64,000 bases of DNA from contig NW_027591005.1 of the NCBI RefSeq assembly GCF_964213995.1, positions 62,001 through 126,000 of the forward strand. Direction: 5' to 3'. Each line of letters begins with the position of its first letter. Position 1 is the first letter of the stretch. Below the pieces are notes generated by a model. It did not search any database. It saw only the letters and a program-made list of their open reading frames with translations, and had not been told where the DNA came from. Positions 47,555 to 60,272 of the stretch are shown here, piece after piece. Origin of the DNA: Mustelus asterias (lineage: Eukaryota). The position numbers were made by a program, and so were the translations under genes.

Positions 47555-47960
47555 AGTGATGTCACTACAGAGGTTGCCTAGGAAACAATGACTGAACACA
47601 GGGGGTGAATGTGAGAAGCTGAAGTTTCCACTTGAAGACATTCCCAGTGTCTCTGAGCAGCTGAACTGGGGAAGCCTTTGGGCAGAGACTGTGCTGCTGC
47701 TATTGCCCTTCCTGGCCACCAGGCGTCGCTGTGACGCTGCCGGGGGCTGCCTGTGCGCATGTGCGGCACGGGAATGCTCCCAGAGGTCAGCGCGCGGGAC
47801 GCCGCCGCATTGATGCTGTCTCCCCTGGCAACGCAAGATGGTCGCCGCCGTCTCCCTTGGCAACGGAATATGGCCGCTGGCCGTCTCCCTTGGCAACGCG
47901 AAATGGCCGCCGGCGGTGGGTGTCATTGCGGCGCACGCGCAGTGAGGTCTGTCTGCAGCC
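47555..47960. promoter_or_regulatory. CpG-rich promoter-like block with RFX X-boxes and YY1-, NRF1- and CRE-like motifs
   Basis: GTTGCCTAGGAAAC at 47573-47586; AGTGATGTCA at 47555; TGCGCATGTGC at ~47754; three ~32-bp units gtctcccYtggcaacg..aNatggYcgc at 47818-47915. Confidence 0.55.
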
Positions 47961-48269
47961 ATTGTCCAGGTTGCCCCCAGTGGATGGGGTTGGGATTGTG
48001 CAGCAGATGGAGCAACAATCCCAGTTTCAATAGGGGGACAGAAGCTGCAATGCTGCCCCCTGTTGGTCACTTCTCCCAGTCTCAGCATTGCAGAGTGTTT
48101 AAACAAGAGTGCATTGTCACAGCAGCACCTTGACCTTCAGTTTCACTTTATTTATTAGCCTCAGAAGTAGGCTTACATTAACACTGCAATGAAGTTACTG
48201 TGAGAATCCCCTAGTCGCCACACTCCGGCGCCTGTTCGGGTTACACTGAGGGAGAATTTAGCACGGCTA

Positions 48270-48510
48270 CATTCACGACCTTTTGTAATTTCTTGCAGTC
48301 TTGGACAGAGCAGAAACCATACCAAGCCGTGATACAGAAAGGATGCTTCCTATGGTGCATCTGTAGAAGTTGGTGAGAGTCGTAGCTGACATGCCAAATT
48401 TCCTCAGCCTCCTGAGAAAGTAGACGTGTTGGTGGGCTTTCTCAATTATAGTGTCGGCATGGGGGGACCAGGACAGGTTGTTGGTGATCTGGACACCTAG
48501 AAACTTGAAG
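48270..48510 (-). mobile_element. Rex1/Babar-type LINE fragment
   Basis: FKFLGVQITNNLSW...KAHQHVYFLRRLRKFGM...LTNFYRCTI. Confidence 0.8.
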
Positions 48511-48529
48511 TTGAGACCCAAATGACAAG

Positions 48530-48870
48530 TTGTCATAGTGTCATAGATGTTTACAGCATGGAAACAGGCCCTTTGGCCCAACTTGTCATGCTGCCCTTTT
48601 TCTTTTAACCCCTAAGCTGGTCCCAATTCCCCACATTTGGCCCATATCCCTCTACATCTATCTTACCCATGTAACTGTCTAAATGCTTTTTAAAAGATAA
48701 AATTGTGTCCATCTCTACTACTACCTCTGGCAGCTTGTTCCAGACGCTCATCACTCTCTGTGTGAAAAGATTGCCCCTCTGGACACTATTGTATCTCTCC
48801 CCTCTCACCTTAAACCCACGCCCTCGAGTTTTAGACTCCCCTACCTTTGGGAAAAGATATTGACTATCTA
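48530..48870 (-). mobile_element. CR1 LINE 3' end
   Basis: RGNLFTQRVMSVWNKLPEVVVE followed by the tail. Confidence 0.82.
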
Positions 48871-49917
48871 TTGTGTGTCAACCATAGAATAGCCACAGAA
48901 TGAAGGAGGCCATTCAGCCCATTCAGCTGGTGTCGACTCTCTGCTAGAACAATCGAGCCAGTCCCACTGCTCCACCTTGTCCCTGGAGCCCTGCAAATCT
49001 TTTCCCATCAGCTTCCCATCCCATTTCCTCCGGAAAGACAGCGAGGAGCAGAGAGGAAAGAGGGACTTGGGGAATGGAAAGTTTCATCTGATGTTCTTGT
49101 TGGCAGATGCTCTGTGGCGGATAAAGCTGGCAGCCTCCTCCAGAAAGCAGCACAGAGTGAATGGAAGGGGCAGAATGTGAGTGAGATGAGACACGAGAGA
49201 GAGAGAGAGGGGTGAAAGCTTTCTGTTTGTCAGCAAAAAGCACAATGGTGGCCCTGTGTCCTTCAGGGAGCGGCCCAGGCCTCGCTCAAAGCCTGCCCTG
49301 TCCTCACACTCACTGGGAGACGGCCATTTCTAACATGTTGTCCATGTTTCTGAGCTGACACTGAGAGAAACACAACAACAGCAACCACTGTCCGGACAAG
49401 TCCTCACGGAGAATGAAATGTCCAAAGCCACTTCAAAGGAAGATTGCGCGGCAGGATTTGTCCCCGAGCTGTGGAGGGAGAGATTTGGATGGATGACCAG
49501 AAGCTGGGTCAGTGAGGTTGTGTTTTAGCAATGGAGGTCTAGAGAACAGAAAAGGCCCTTCGGCCCATTGCATCTGTGCCGGCCAAAGACAAATCACCTA
49601 ACTTGGCTCACGGCCTGGTAAGCCTTGGCATTGCAAATGCATAGCTAAGCACTTCTTAAACGTTCTGAGGGTCTCTGCCTCCACCACCCTTTCAGGCAGA
49701 GAGTTCCAGACTCCCACCACCCTCTGGGTGAAAAAGGTTTTCCTCACATCCCCTGTAAACCTCCTGCCACTTATCCTAAATCTATACCCCCTGGTCATTG
49801 ACCCCACCACCAAGGGGAAAGCTTTCTTCCCGTCTACTCTATCAATGTCCCTCATAATCTTATCCATCTCCATCATGTTGCCCCTCAGCCTCCTCTGCTC
49901 CACGGAAAACAACCCCA

Positions 49918-50052
49918 GGGTGGAATCTTATCACCGTTCAGGCCGGCAGGATTTTCTCATCCCACTGCAGTGAAAGGAGATTTGGCTGGTCACCAGATTC
50001 TCCGACCTCGCTGAGCGGGAGTGTGGCGTCAACAGGTGGTAAGATCACACCC
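49918..50052. mobile_element. Small MITE with imperfect TIRs (Harbinger-like)
   Basis: Inverted termini GGGTGGAATCTTATCACC and GGTGGTAAGATCACACCC, inserted into CR1 sequence. Confidence 0.55.
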
Positions 50053-50081
50053 TCAGTCTATAAAATCTCTCTTCAGTTCGA

Positions 50082-50377
50082 GTGGCGGCACGGTAGCACA
50101 ATGGTTAGCACTGCTGCCTCACAGCGCCAGGGACCCGGGTTCAATTCCGGCCTCGGGTTACTGTCTGTGTGGAGTTTGCACATTCTCCCCATGTCTGCGT
50201 GGGTTTTCTCCGGGTGCATTGTCCATGCCAAATTGCCCTGAGGGTCCCACGATGTATAGGTTAGGGGGATTAGCGGGAAAACACGTGGGTTTACGGGGTA
50301 AGCCTGGGTAAGAGTCCGTGCAGATTTGATGGGTCGAATGGCCTCATTCTGGACTGTAGGGATTCTATGATTCTATG
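50082..50377 (+). mobile_element. HE1-like SINE
   Basis: tRNA-like head and ttctatgattctatga tail. Confidence 0.88.
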
Positions 50378-50488
50378 AACTAAAACTCTCCAGGCCAGGC
50401 AACATCCTGGTGAATCTCCTCTGCACCTTTTCCAGTGCTATCACATCCCTCCTATCCTGTGCAATCCACAACTGCACAATTTATCGAT

Positions 50489-50790
50489 GAGGTGCGGCAC
50501 AGTGGTTAACACTGCTGCCTCACAGCGCCAGGGACCGGGTTTGATTCCTGGCTTGGGTCACTGTCAGTGTGGAGTTTGTACATTCTCCCCGTGTCTGTGT
50601 GGGTTTCCACCGGGTGCTGCGGTTTCCTCCCACAGTTCGAAAGACGCGCTGGTTAGGTGTATCAGCCATGCTAAATTCTCCCCAAGTTGCCCAAACAGGC
50701 GCCAGAGCATGGCGACTACGGATTTTCCACAGTAACTTCATTGTAGTGTTAATGTAACCCTACTTGTGACACTAATAAATATACTTTTAA
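50489..50790 (+). mobile_element. tRNA-derived SINE, second tail type
   Basis: HE1-like head with cacagtaacttcatt...aataaat tail. Confidence 0.85.
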
Positions 50791-52890
50791 ACCTGATACT
50801 CAATTCCCCCATGTTGGCCTTGTTCTGTGATCATTAATGCGGATGTTTAGATTATTCAATAGTTCTTTAAGGACAGCAGACACAGGGGAAAAAAAACATG
50901 CAGCTCTTTACACAACAGATATATTTCAAGGGGATATTGCAGCCAGCTGTATCTGAGTGGCAGTAATCTTCCCTCAGAATCAGACAGATTGTGGGTTCAG
51001 CTCAGAGCCTCAAATACTAGGCCCTTAGCATCGATCAGAGACTCCGAACAGAGAAATACAGAAAGAGAGTTTGGCAAAGTCAGATTTAATTTTCCATTCA
51101 ATATTTATTTAAAAATTCAGAGAATATTTGACAGGAAAATTGATTTTAAAGTTAACAAAAGTGAATCTGACCTTTGAGCTTCACAATGAGATCTGAACCC
51201 CTACGCTCTGAGCTGCCCAATATCTGTACAGCTGTACCAGACACCAGAAAGAGAAAACCAGAGCTCAGCATCACGGGAAATGAACAATTGTGAATCAGGA
51301 ACGAGAAAAGTTATTAATTTATACCTGAGATTTAAACTACAGGAAAACTATTAACTACAATTACATTACAACAAAAGTTACCTTCTACATTTCACACTGA
51401 AAACTGAACTACCGCCCACAATTGTCTCAGTGACAGATTCAGAATGATAAACTGAGAGAATTTCACTGTTGGAGTCACCGACAGCAGATATTGTATTTGT
51501 GTCAATCAGGAATCTTAATAATCAGCTGAGGGAAATCTACACCGTCCAAAATTCAACCCATCACTTGATCTGTAAAAGAAAGATACAATAATGAAGCAGA
51601 TGTTTATGATGCGGGACATTAATGTTAGAGTTTTTAATCAATGAATCATTTAGAGATTTTTCAAATCCCTTCTGTCAGTTTGACAATCCACTCTGACACC
51701 AGTCACATTTCACACTCTCTGCTCAGTCCTGTGTTGGGGGGGGGGTGTTTAGTGTGGGATCAGTGTTTGCTTTTCTCAAACCGCAATGATATTCCCAACA
51801 AGGGCAAGAGGTTTCAGTGTTTAAAAATGTAAAGATTTCAGAACAAAACCAGACAGAGAGTGATGAGGCCTCACACCTTCAATGTAGTGATTCCCCCAAT
51901 CTTTCCTTTTGAAAATTGCTTCCTTCCTCTGAAGTATTGGAGACGTCGACATCACTGAAACAATACAATCTCTCGGGACAATCACTGTAAACAGCTTCTG
52001 GAAACAAAGTTCACACTTTAATCACCCAAAAAGCTGAATGTCCATTCAAACACCTCCCTCCCCATATCCTTGTAAATGCAAAGATAACTCCCATTTCCCC
52101 AAAGCAGGAAGATGTGAAATGGAAACATCTTCAGCTTTTTACACACTGCACTTTTCCACGGAACAAAATGTTTCAAAACATTTGCTGAAGTTTTGTTTTA
52201 AACTCTTTATCAATGTCCTTCCAGGTTTAGTGTGAAGGTTTGTGTTCCACACTGAGCCCCTCTCAGTCTCCACATGGAGCTTGTGTGTGTGCTGATGCTC
52301 CTGTCATTTTGGATGGATACTGTGTGAAGCTGCATTCTCTCCCAGTGAGTTTCTGATCTACTTCACTCTCTCTGCGGCTGGAGCAATGTCCAGCAGGCAG
52401 CAGAGGATGGCAGTGTATCACTGTCAGCACAATATAGACAAACAGCCTTTAGCAAGAGAGGCTTTGACCCTTTTTCAATCCAAATCCCCAATTTGATGTT
52501 TTCAGCTGCGCTGTTTACAATGCTGCTGAATATTGTGTGTCTTTGGTAAACTGGGATGTGTAGCATTCAGTCACATTAAGTGGTCAATAAATACGTCAAC
52601 ACTGTGTATATCTTTCTGTGTGTGTGTGTCAGCGTGCATGTGTGTCAATGTATTTAAATCTCAAAGGAAAATAGGAGCAGGTGTAGGCCATTTGGCCCAT
52701 CGATCCTGCGCCAGCATTCAAACAGATCATGGTGCACGTACGCACACAAAACACGCACACACCAACACACACAAAACATGCACACACCAACACACACAAA
52801 ACACGCACACACACAAAGCACGCACACACAAACACACATAAAACACACACAAAAAGCATACAAACACAATAAACACACACACACCAAACA

Positions 52891-53205
52891 CACAGTTAGC
52901 ACTGCTGCCTCACAGTGCCAGGGACTCAGGTTCGGTTCCCACCTTGGGTCACTGTCTGTGCGGAGTTTGCACGTTCTCCCCGTGTCTGCGTGGGTTTACT
53001 CCGGGTGCTCCGGTTTCCTCCCACAGTCTGAAAGACGTTCTGGTTCGGGTGCATTGGCCGTGCTAAATTGTCCCTCCGCGTCAGGGAGACTAGCTCGGGT
53101 AAATGCATGGGGCAATGGGGATAGGGCCTGAGTGGGATTGTGGTCGGTACAGACTCAATGGGCCAAATGGCCTCCTTCTGCACTGTAGGAGTCTAGGATT
53201 CTATG
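52891..53205 (+). mobile_element. HE1-like SINE
   Basis: Head and tail match the other copies; preceded by an (AC)-rich tract at 52740-52890. Confidence 0.85.
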
Positions 53206-53272
53206 AAAACACACAGAAACAGATATTCTCACCCAGTAACACTCAGACGCACACAGTAATAAACACACACGG

Positions 53273-53453
53273 NNNNNNNNNNNNNNNNNNNNNNNNNNNN
53301 NNNNNNNNNNNNNNNNNNNNNNNNNNNNNNNNNNNNNNNNNNNNNNNNNNNNNNNNNNNNNNNNNNNNNNNNNNNNNNNNNNNNNNNNNNNNNNNNNNNN
53401 NNNNNNNNNNNNNNNNNNNNNNNNNNNNNNNNNNNNNNNNNNNNNNNNNNNNN
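53273..53453. other. Assembly gap (181 N)
   Basis: Run of N. Confidence 1.
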
Positions 53454-53710
53454 CACACAATCGATTTGCATCTTGAACATGCTGCATGATTGGGCTTCCA
53501 CATCCCCCTGGAATAGAAAATTCCAAAGATTCACCACCCTCTGAGTGAAGAAATTCCTCCTCATCTCAGTCTTCAATGGTCTGATTCTGAGATTGTGTCC
53601 CCTGGTTCTAGTCTCCCCAGCCAGGGGAAACATCCAATCTACATCCACCCTGTCACACCCTGTAAGAATTTTAAGTCTGTTTCAATGGGGTCGCCTCTCA
53701 TTCTTCAAGG
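53454..53710 (-). mobile_element. CR1 LINE fragment
   Basis: RTRGHNLRI...RRNFFTQRVVNLWN. Confidence 0.8.
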
Positions 53711-53806
53711 GTTCAAGGCCGACTTCCGGACTTGATGGCCATGGAAGGTGTGCTCATAACGGGGCCAAACAGCTGGATTATCAAACAGTAAATCCTGCCG
53801 GATCAT

Positions 53807-56800
53807 GTATCAGTAAACTCTGCCCGAAACCTATCTCAGTTATTACAATATGGGCCTTGTATCAGTAATCTCTGCCCGAAACCTCTCTCAGTTATTACAA
53901 TCTGGGACTTGTATCAGTAAACTGCCCGAAACCTCTCTCAGTTATTACAATCTGGGCCTTGTATCAGTAAACTGCCCGAAACCTCTCTCAGTTATTACAA
54001 TCTGGGACTTGTATCAGTAAACTCTGCACGAAACCTCTCCGAGTTATTACAATCTGGGCCTTGTATCAGTAATCTCTGCCTGAAACCTCTCTCAGTTATT
54101 ACAATCTGGGCCTTGTATCAGTAAACTCTGCCCGAAACCTCTCTCAGTTATTACAATCTGGGCCTTGTATCAGTAATCTCTGCCTGAAACCTCTCTCAGT
54201 TATTACAATCTGGGACTTGTATCAGTAATCTCTGCCCAAAAACTCTCTCAGTTATTACAGTCTGGGACTTGTATCAGTAATCTCTGCCATAAACCTCTCT
54301 CAGTTATTACAATCTGGGCCTTGTATCGGTAATCTCTGCCCGAAACCACTCTCAGTTATTACAATCTGGGCCTTGTATCAGTAATCTCTGCACGAAACCT
54401 CTCCGAGTTATTACAATCTGGGCCTTGTATCAGTAATCTCTGCCCAAAACCTCTCTCAGTTATTACAATCTGGGACTTGTATCAGTAATCTCTGCCATAA
54501 ACCTCTCTCAGTTATCACAATCTGGGCCTTGTATCAGTAATCTCTGCACGAAACCTCTCCGAGTTATTACAATCTGGGCCTTGTATCAGTAATCTCTGCC
54601 CAAAACCTCTCTCAGTTATTACAATCTGGGACTTGTATCAGTAATCTCTGCCATAAACCTCTCTCAGTTATCACAATCTGGGCCTTGTATCAATAAACTC
54701 TGCCGTAAACCTCTCTCAGTTATTACAATCTGGGCCTTGTATCAGTAATCTCTGCCCAAAACCTCTCTCAGTTATTACAATCTGGGACTTGTATCAGTAA
54801 TCTCTGCCATAAACCTCTCTCAGTTATCACAATCTGGGCCTTGTATCAGTAATCTCTGCCCGAAACCTCCTTCAGTTATTACAATCTGGGCCTTGTATCA
54901 GTAATCTCTGCCATAAACCTCTCTCAGTTATTACAATCTGGGCCTTGTATCAGTAATCTCTGCCCGAAACCTCCCTCAGTTATTACAATCTGGGCCTGGT
55001 ATCAGTAAACTCTGCCATAAACCTCTCTCAGTTATTACAATCTGGGCCACGTATCAGTAATCTCTGCCCGAAACCTCCCTCAGTTATTACAATCTGGGCC
55101 TGGTATCAGTCATCTCTGCCGTAAACCTCTCTCAGTTATTACAATCTGGGCCTTGTATCAGTAATCTCTGTCATAAACCTCTCTCAGTTATTACAATCTG
55201 GGCCTTGTATCAGTAATCTCTGCCCTAAACATCTCTCAGTTATTACAATCTGGGTTTTGTATCAGTAATCTCTGCCCTAAACCTCTCTCAGTTATTATAA
55301 TCTGGGCCTGGTATCAGTAATCTCTGCCATAAACCTCTCTCAGTTATTACAATCTGGGCCTTGTATCAGTAATCTCTGCCCGAAACCTCCCTCAGTTATT
55401 ACAATCTGGGCCTTGTATCAGTAATCTCTGCCATAAACCTCTCTCAGTTATTACAATCTGGGCCTTGTATCAGTAATCTCTGCCCGAAACCTCCCTCAGT
55501 TATTACAATCTGGGCCTGGTATCAGTAATCTCTGCCATAAACCTCTCTCAGTTATTACAATCTTTGACTTGTATCAGTAATCTCTGCCCTACAACTCTCT
55601 CAGTTATTACAATCTGGGCCTTGTATCAGTAAACTCTGCCCGAAACCTCTCTCAGTTATTACAATCTGGGCTTTGTATCAGTAATGTCTGCCCTAAACCT
55701 CTCTCAGTTATTACAATCTGGGCTTTGTATCAGTAAACTCTGCCCGAAACCTCTCTCAATTATTGCAATCTGGGCCTTGTATCAGTAATCTCTGCCCGAA
55801 ACCTCTCTCAGTTATTACAATATGGGCCTTGTATCAGTAATCTCTGCCCTAAACCTCCCTCAGTTATTACAATCTGCGCCTTGTATCAGTAAACTCTGCC
55901 CGAAACCTCTCTCAGTTATTACAATCTGGGCCTTGTATCAGTAATCTCTGCCCGAAACCTCTCTCAGTTACTACAATTTGCGCCTTGTATCAGTAATCTC
56001 TCCCCTAAATCTCCCTCAGTTATTACAATCTGGGCTTTGTATCAGTAAACTCTGCCCTAAATCTCCCTCAATTATTACAATCTGGGCCTTGTATCAGTAA
56101 TCTCTGCCATAAACCTCTCTCAGTTATTACAATCTGGGCCTTGTATCAGTAATCTCTGCCCGAAACCTCTCTCAGTTACTACAATCTGGGTTTTGAATCA
56201 GTAAGCTCTGCCCGAAACCTCTCTCAGTTATTACAATCTGGGCCTTGTATCAGTAATCTCTGCCTGAAACCTCTCTCAGTTATTACAATCTGGGCTTTGT
56301 ATCAGTAATCTCTGCCCGAAACCTCTCTCAGTTATTACAATCTGGGCCTTGTATCAGTAAACTCTGCCCGAAACCTCTCTCAGTTATTACAATCTGGGCC
56401 TTGTATCAGTAAACTCTGCCCGAAACCTCTCTCAGTTATTACAATCTGGGACTTGTATCAGTAATCGCTGTCCGAAACCTCACTCAGTTATTACAATCTG
56501 GGCCTTGTATCAGTAATCTCTGCCCGAAACCTCTCTCGGTTATTACAATCTGGGCCTTGTATCAGTAATCTCTGCCCTAAACATCTCTCAGTTATTACAA
56601 TCTGGGCCTGGTATCAGTAATCTCTGCCCTAAACCACTCTCAGTTATCACAATCTGGGCTTTGTTTCAGTAATCTCTGCCCTCGACCTCTCTCAGTTATT
56701 ACAATCTGGGCCTTGTATCAGTAATCTGGGCGGCACGGTAGCACAGTGGTTAGCACTGCTGCTTCACAGCTCCAGGGTTCCGGGTTCGATTCCCAGCTCG

Positions 56801-57137
56801 GGTCACTGTCTGTGTGGAGTTTGCACATTCTCCTCGTGTCTGCGTGGGTTTCCTCCGGGTGCTCCGGTTTCCCCCACAGTCCAAAGATGTGCGGGTTAGG
56901 TTGATTGGCCAGGTTAAAAATTGCCCCTTAGAGTCCTGGGATGTGTAGGTTAGAGGGATTAGCGGGTAAATATGTGGGGATATAGGGGTAGGGCCTGGGT
57001 GGGATTGTGGTCGGTGCAGACTCGATGGACCGAATGGCCTCCTTCTGCACTGTAGGGTTTCTATGATTCTATGATCTCTGTCCTAAACTTCCCTCAGTTA
57101 TTACAATCTGGGCCTTGTATCAGTAATCTCTGCCCTT
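53807..57137. repeat. 52-bp minisatellite GTATCAGTAATCTCTGCCCGAAACCTCTCTCAGTTATTACAATCTGGGCCTT, roughly 57 copies, interrupted by a SINE
   Basis: Head-to-tail units 52 bp apart (e.g. 54011 and 54063); the last unit resumes after the SINE. Confidence 0.97.
56728..57073 (+). mobile_element. Full-length, young HE1-like SINE inserted into the minisatellite
   Basis: GGGCGGCACGGTAGCACAGTGGTTAGC head to ttctatgattctatga tail; short atct duplication at the junctions. Confidence 0.92.
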
Positions 57138-57905
57138 CAGCTGATTGGAGAATATCATTGTGAATATTACTGAGTTTGGGATGTAATATTTTCCTGCTGT
57201 TGCCAATATGGCTGTTTTTAACATAGTTTCTGGGATCCTCCAGTCTCCCCTCAGCAGCTTTCTGGGCAGTGAGAGGTGACACACCGTTCACTAGCAGAGG
57301 GAGTTTTTGGTCCTGTCGCTGTCAATGGGATTTCCCATTGAAGTCACCTCACGCTAGCAGGAAACCAGAGGCAGGGGTACGAGAGCAGAGAATTCCCCAC
57401 GAGTGAACAGCCGGAGAATCCCGGACATTCGCTCCTTTCCCAGTTATCACTGCACTCAACCCAGTCGCTGTTTATACGCTCAGTTGTCTCAGTGAATACT
57501 ACATGACACCATGCTGCTGTGGACACTACAATCAACCCTTTTTGAGTTCTCACTGTATTAATACCATGTATGGATTGATATTTCATTGGACAATGTGCTG
57601 GGTTCGATGAATATTTATTGATTCTTGTGATGTGGGTGTCACTGGCTAGGTCAGCATTTATTGCCCATTCCTAGTTGCCCTGGAGAAGGTGGTGGTGAGC
57701 TACCGTCTTGAACCCACTGCTGTCTATGTGGTGTAGGTACACCCACAGTGCTGTTAGGGAGGGGACCTGCTTAAATTATCACTGCATTTAACCATGTCAC
57801 TCTTTATAAAAAATAAACTAGACCATGTCTGGGTAATGAGTGTGGAGCATGTCTCCATTTCTCTTTACCTCAGCACTGTATCTGTGTATATAACACTTTA
57901 TACAG

Positions 57906-58200
57906 TTTCAATGTTATTTATTAGTGTCACAAGTAGGCTTACATTAACACTGCAATGAAGTTGCTGTGAAAATCCCCTAGTTGCCACACTCCGGCGCTGT
58001 TCGGCTTCACTGAGGGAGAATTTAGCATGGCCAATCCACCGAACAGCATGTCTTTCAGACTGTGGGAGGAAACCGGAGCACTCGGAGGAAACCCAGACAC
58101 GGGGAGAACATGCAGTCTCCACACAGACAGTGACGCAAGTCGGGAATCGAACCCGGGTCCCTGGCGCTGAGAGGCTGCAGTGCTAACCACTGTGCCACCC
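57906..58200 (-). mobile_element. tRNA-derived SINE, second tail type
   Basis: Matches 15018-15314. Confidence 0.85.
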
Positions 58201-59140
58201 CTATAAACTAGATACAGTTTCTCTTCTTAATGCATAGGGCTATCCCTCTGTATATACTACAATTGGTCTTTACTTAGTTATTGCTTCACTCAACTATGTC
58301 ACTGTTTCCAATGCACTCAGTGAAGTCACAGTTATTAACGCACGCAGCCATGCCTCTATCTACACTACACCCGACAATTTCTAAGCTGTTGCTGCACTTC
58401 CCCAGGAATAGATTTGATCTTTTTCTCTTACATTCAGCATCATCGGAGATACTGCTGTGTTCGGCCTTGTTTCATTCATTACTCAACTCACCTGTGTCTC
58501 AGTTTTATTTTACACAAGTTCCTGTCTTTCTTATTCCTACATTCTACCCTGTTTCAGTTGTTACTGCACTGAAAAATCTCTCTGTTAGATAGACAGAGAA
58601 AGAGAGTCAGCTGGATTGATAGACGAATATTCCTTTAAAGTTATATATTTGTGTGGTCAGCTGGTGCCACCACTCTTGTTTGGAACAGTTTTTGTTTGGT
58701 CTTGTTACCAGCTATTGGGTGTTGTGTGAAATGTCCAATTGCTCCAGTATTGTGTGTGTAATATTGGTGTTGAAAGATTGGGTGAATTTCGCTCGAGTCT
58801 CTTGGAGATGAGCAGAAATTGAGGAAGGGAAATAAAGTTGAACATCGGTAAAGGGAAAGTGACCACAGTCCCAGATGACGATCTGCTGCTCTCCCCTTTG
58901 AGGGGGAGAACTCACTGGCGGTGATTTACCACACCTCAGGCCAGGGGAAAGGTCGAAAGGGTTGGGCTTTCATGACGTGTTGGAGACTTTGTGCATCTCA
59001 AACCAGCTGTCCAGCCAACTGAGTGAACCAACTTCCATATTGCCACATTTCAATGCATGTTGCACAACCTGGTCACAAACTATTGCATTGGAGATTACTC
59101 ACTGATATTGGGATTGATCTGTGACAATTCTCACAGTCAC

Positions 59141-59184
<44 letters not shown>

Positions 59185-60094
59185 TTCTGTCTGTGTGCAT
59201 GTTAGTGGATATGTTTTTACAGATTCCCACAGAGAGAGAGAGAGCGAGAGATGCAGAGACCAACAGGTGACAGGGTCAAGGAGAGTGAGAGAAAGAGAGA
59301 GCCAGATTGAGAGAGGCACTGAGAGACAATGTCTGTCCAAATCCTCTTGAAGCCACTTTGCATTTTCCTCACAACTCACATTCCCACCAAGCTCTGTGTC
59401 ATCCGCAAACTTGGAAATATTACATTAGGTCTCCACATCCAAATCATTGATAAACATTGGGAACATCTGGGAACAAAGTCCAGATCCTTGTGGCACAGCC
59501 GGCCGACACAAGACGGAGAAATCATCTGGCCGGGAACACAACAGCGACATTTTTCAGGGAAGCTTGGAGCCAGCTGTGTCTCAGTGGATCATAATCTGAC
59601 CTCAGAATCATTCAATCGTGGCTTCAGTTACAGCATCAAATTCTCGGCCAGGCTGGAAAACAAATCACTCCTCAAATCCCCAAATAAAACATTCTGGGAT
59701 CTGAACTTAAAATGCTGTAACTGATCATGGAGGAAAGAGTGGGGTCTAATAGACACTGAGAAGATAACTTGCATCTGAATCATAGAACGGTGACAGCACA
59801 GGAGGCCATTCAGCCCCATCAAGCCAGTGCGACACTCTGCAAGAGCAATGTCACTATTCCCACTCCTCCACCCTTTCCCCGTCACCCTGTAAATATTTCC
59901 CCTTCAGCTTCCCATTCAACTTCCCCTGGAAGTCCTTGATGGAATCCGCTTCCACCTCACCCTCAGACAGTACATTCCAGATACTGGACACTCACTACGT
60001 TAGAAACATTTCCTCATGTTGCCGCTGTCGCCATTTACCTGAATTCAGCATCCTCTGGTTTTCAACCTTTCCCCCAATGTGCCGATTATCTCAA

Positions 60095-60272
60095 AGCCGA
60101 TCCTCTCAGTCCCGGGACGTCCCTGCAGGAGTTCCTCAGGGTGAGTGTCCGAGGCCCCAACCATCTTCAGCTGCTCCATCACTGACCTTCCCTCCATCAC
60201 AAGGTCTGAAGTGGGGATGTTCGCTGATGATTGCACAATGTTCAGCACCATACGCAACTCCTCAGATACTGA
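60095..60272 (+). mobile_element. CR1-clade RT fragment
   Basis: GVPQG followed by IFSCSITDLPS...MFADDCT, the RT catalytic motif. Confidence 0.7.

Larger units (their letters stand above)
49540..50480 (-). mobile_element. CR1 LINE fragment interrupted by a nested MITE and SINE
   Basis: ORF 49598..49912 contains FFTQRVVGVWNSLP; CR1 sequence resumes at ~50053 and ~50380. Confidence 0.8.

Noticed and set aside
56728-56800. tRNA gene
   Set aside because: It is the A/B-box-containing head of a SINE and continues into SINE core and tail.
53807-57137. CRISPR-like regular array
   Set aside because: Units are contiguous with no unique spacers, the context is vertebrate, and there are no cas genes.
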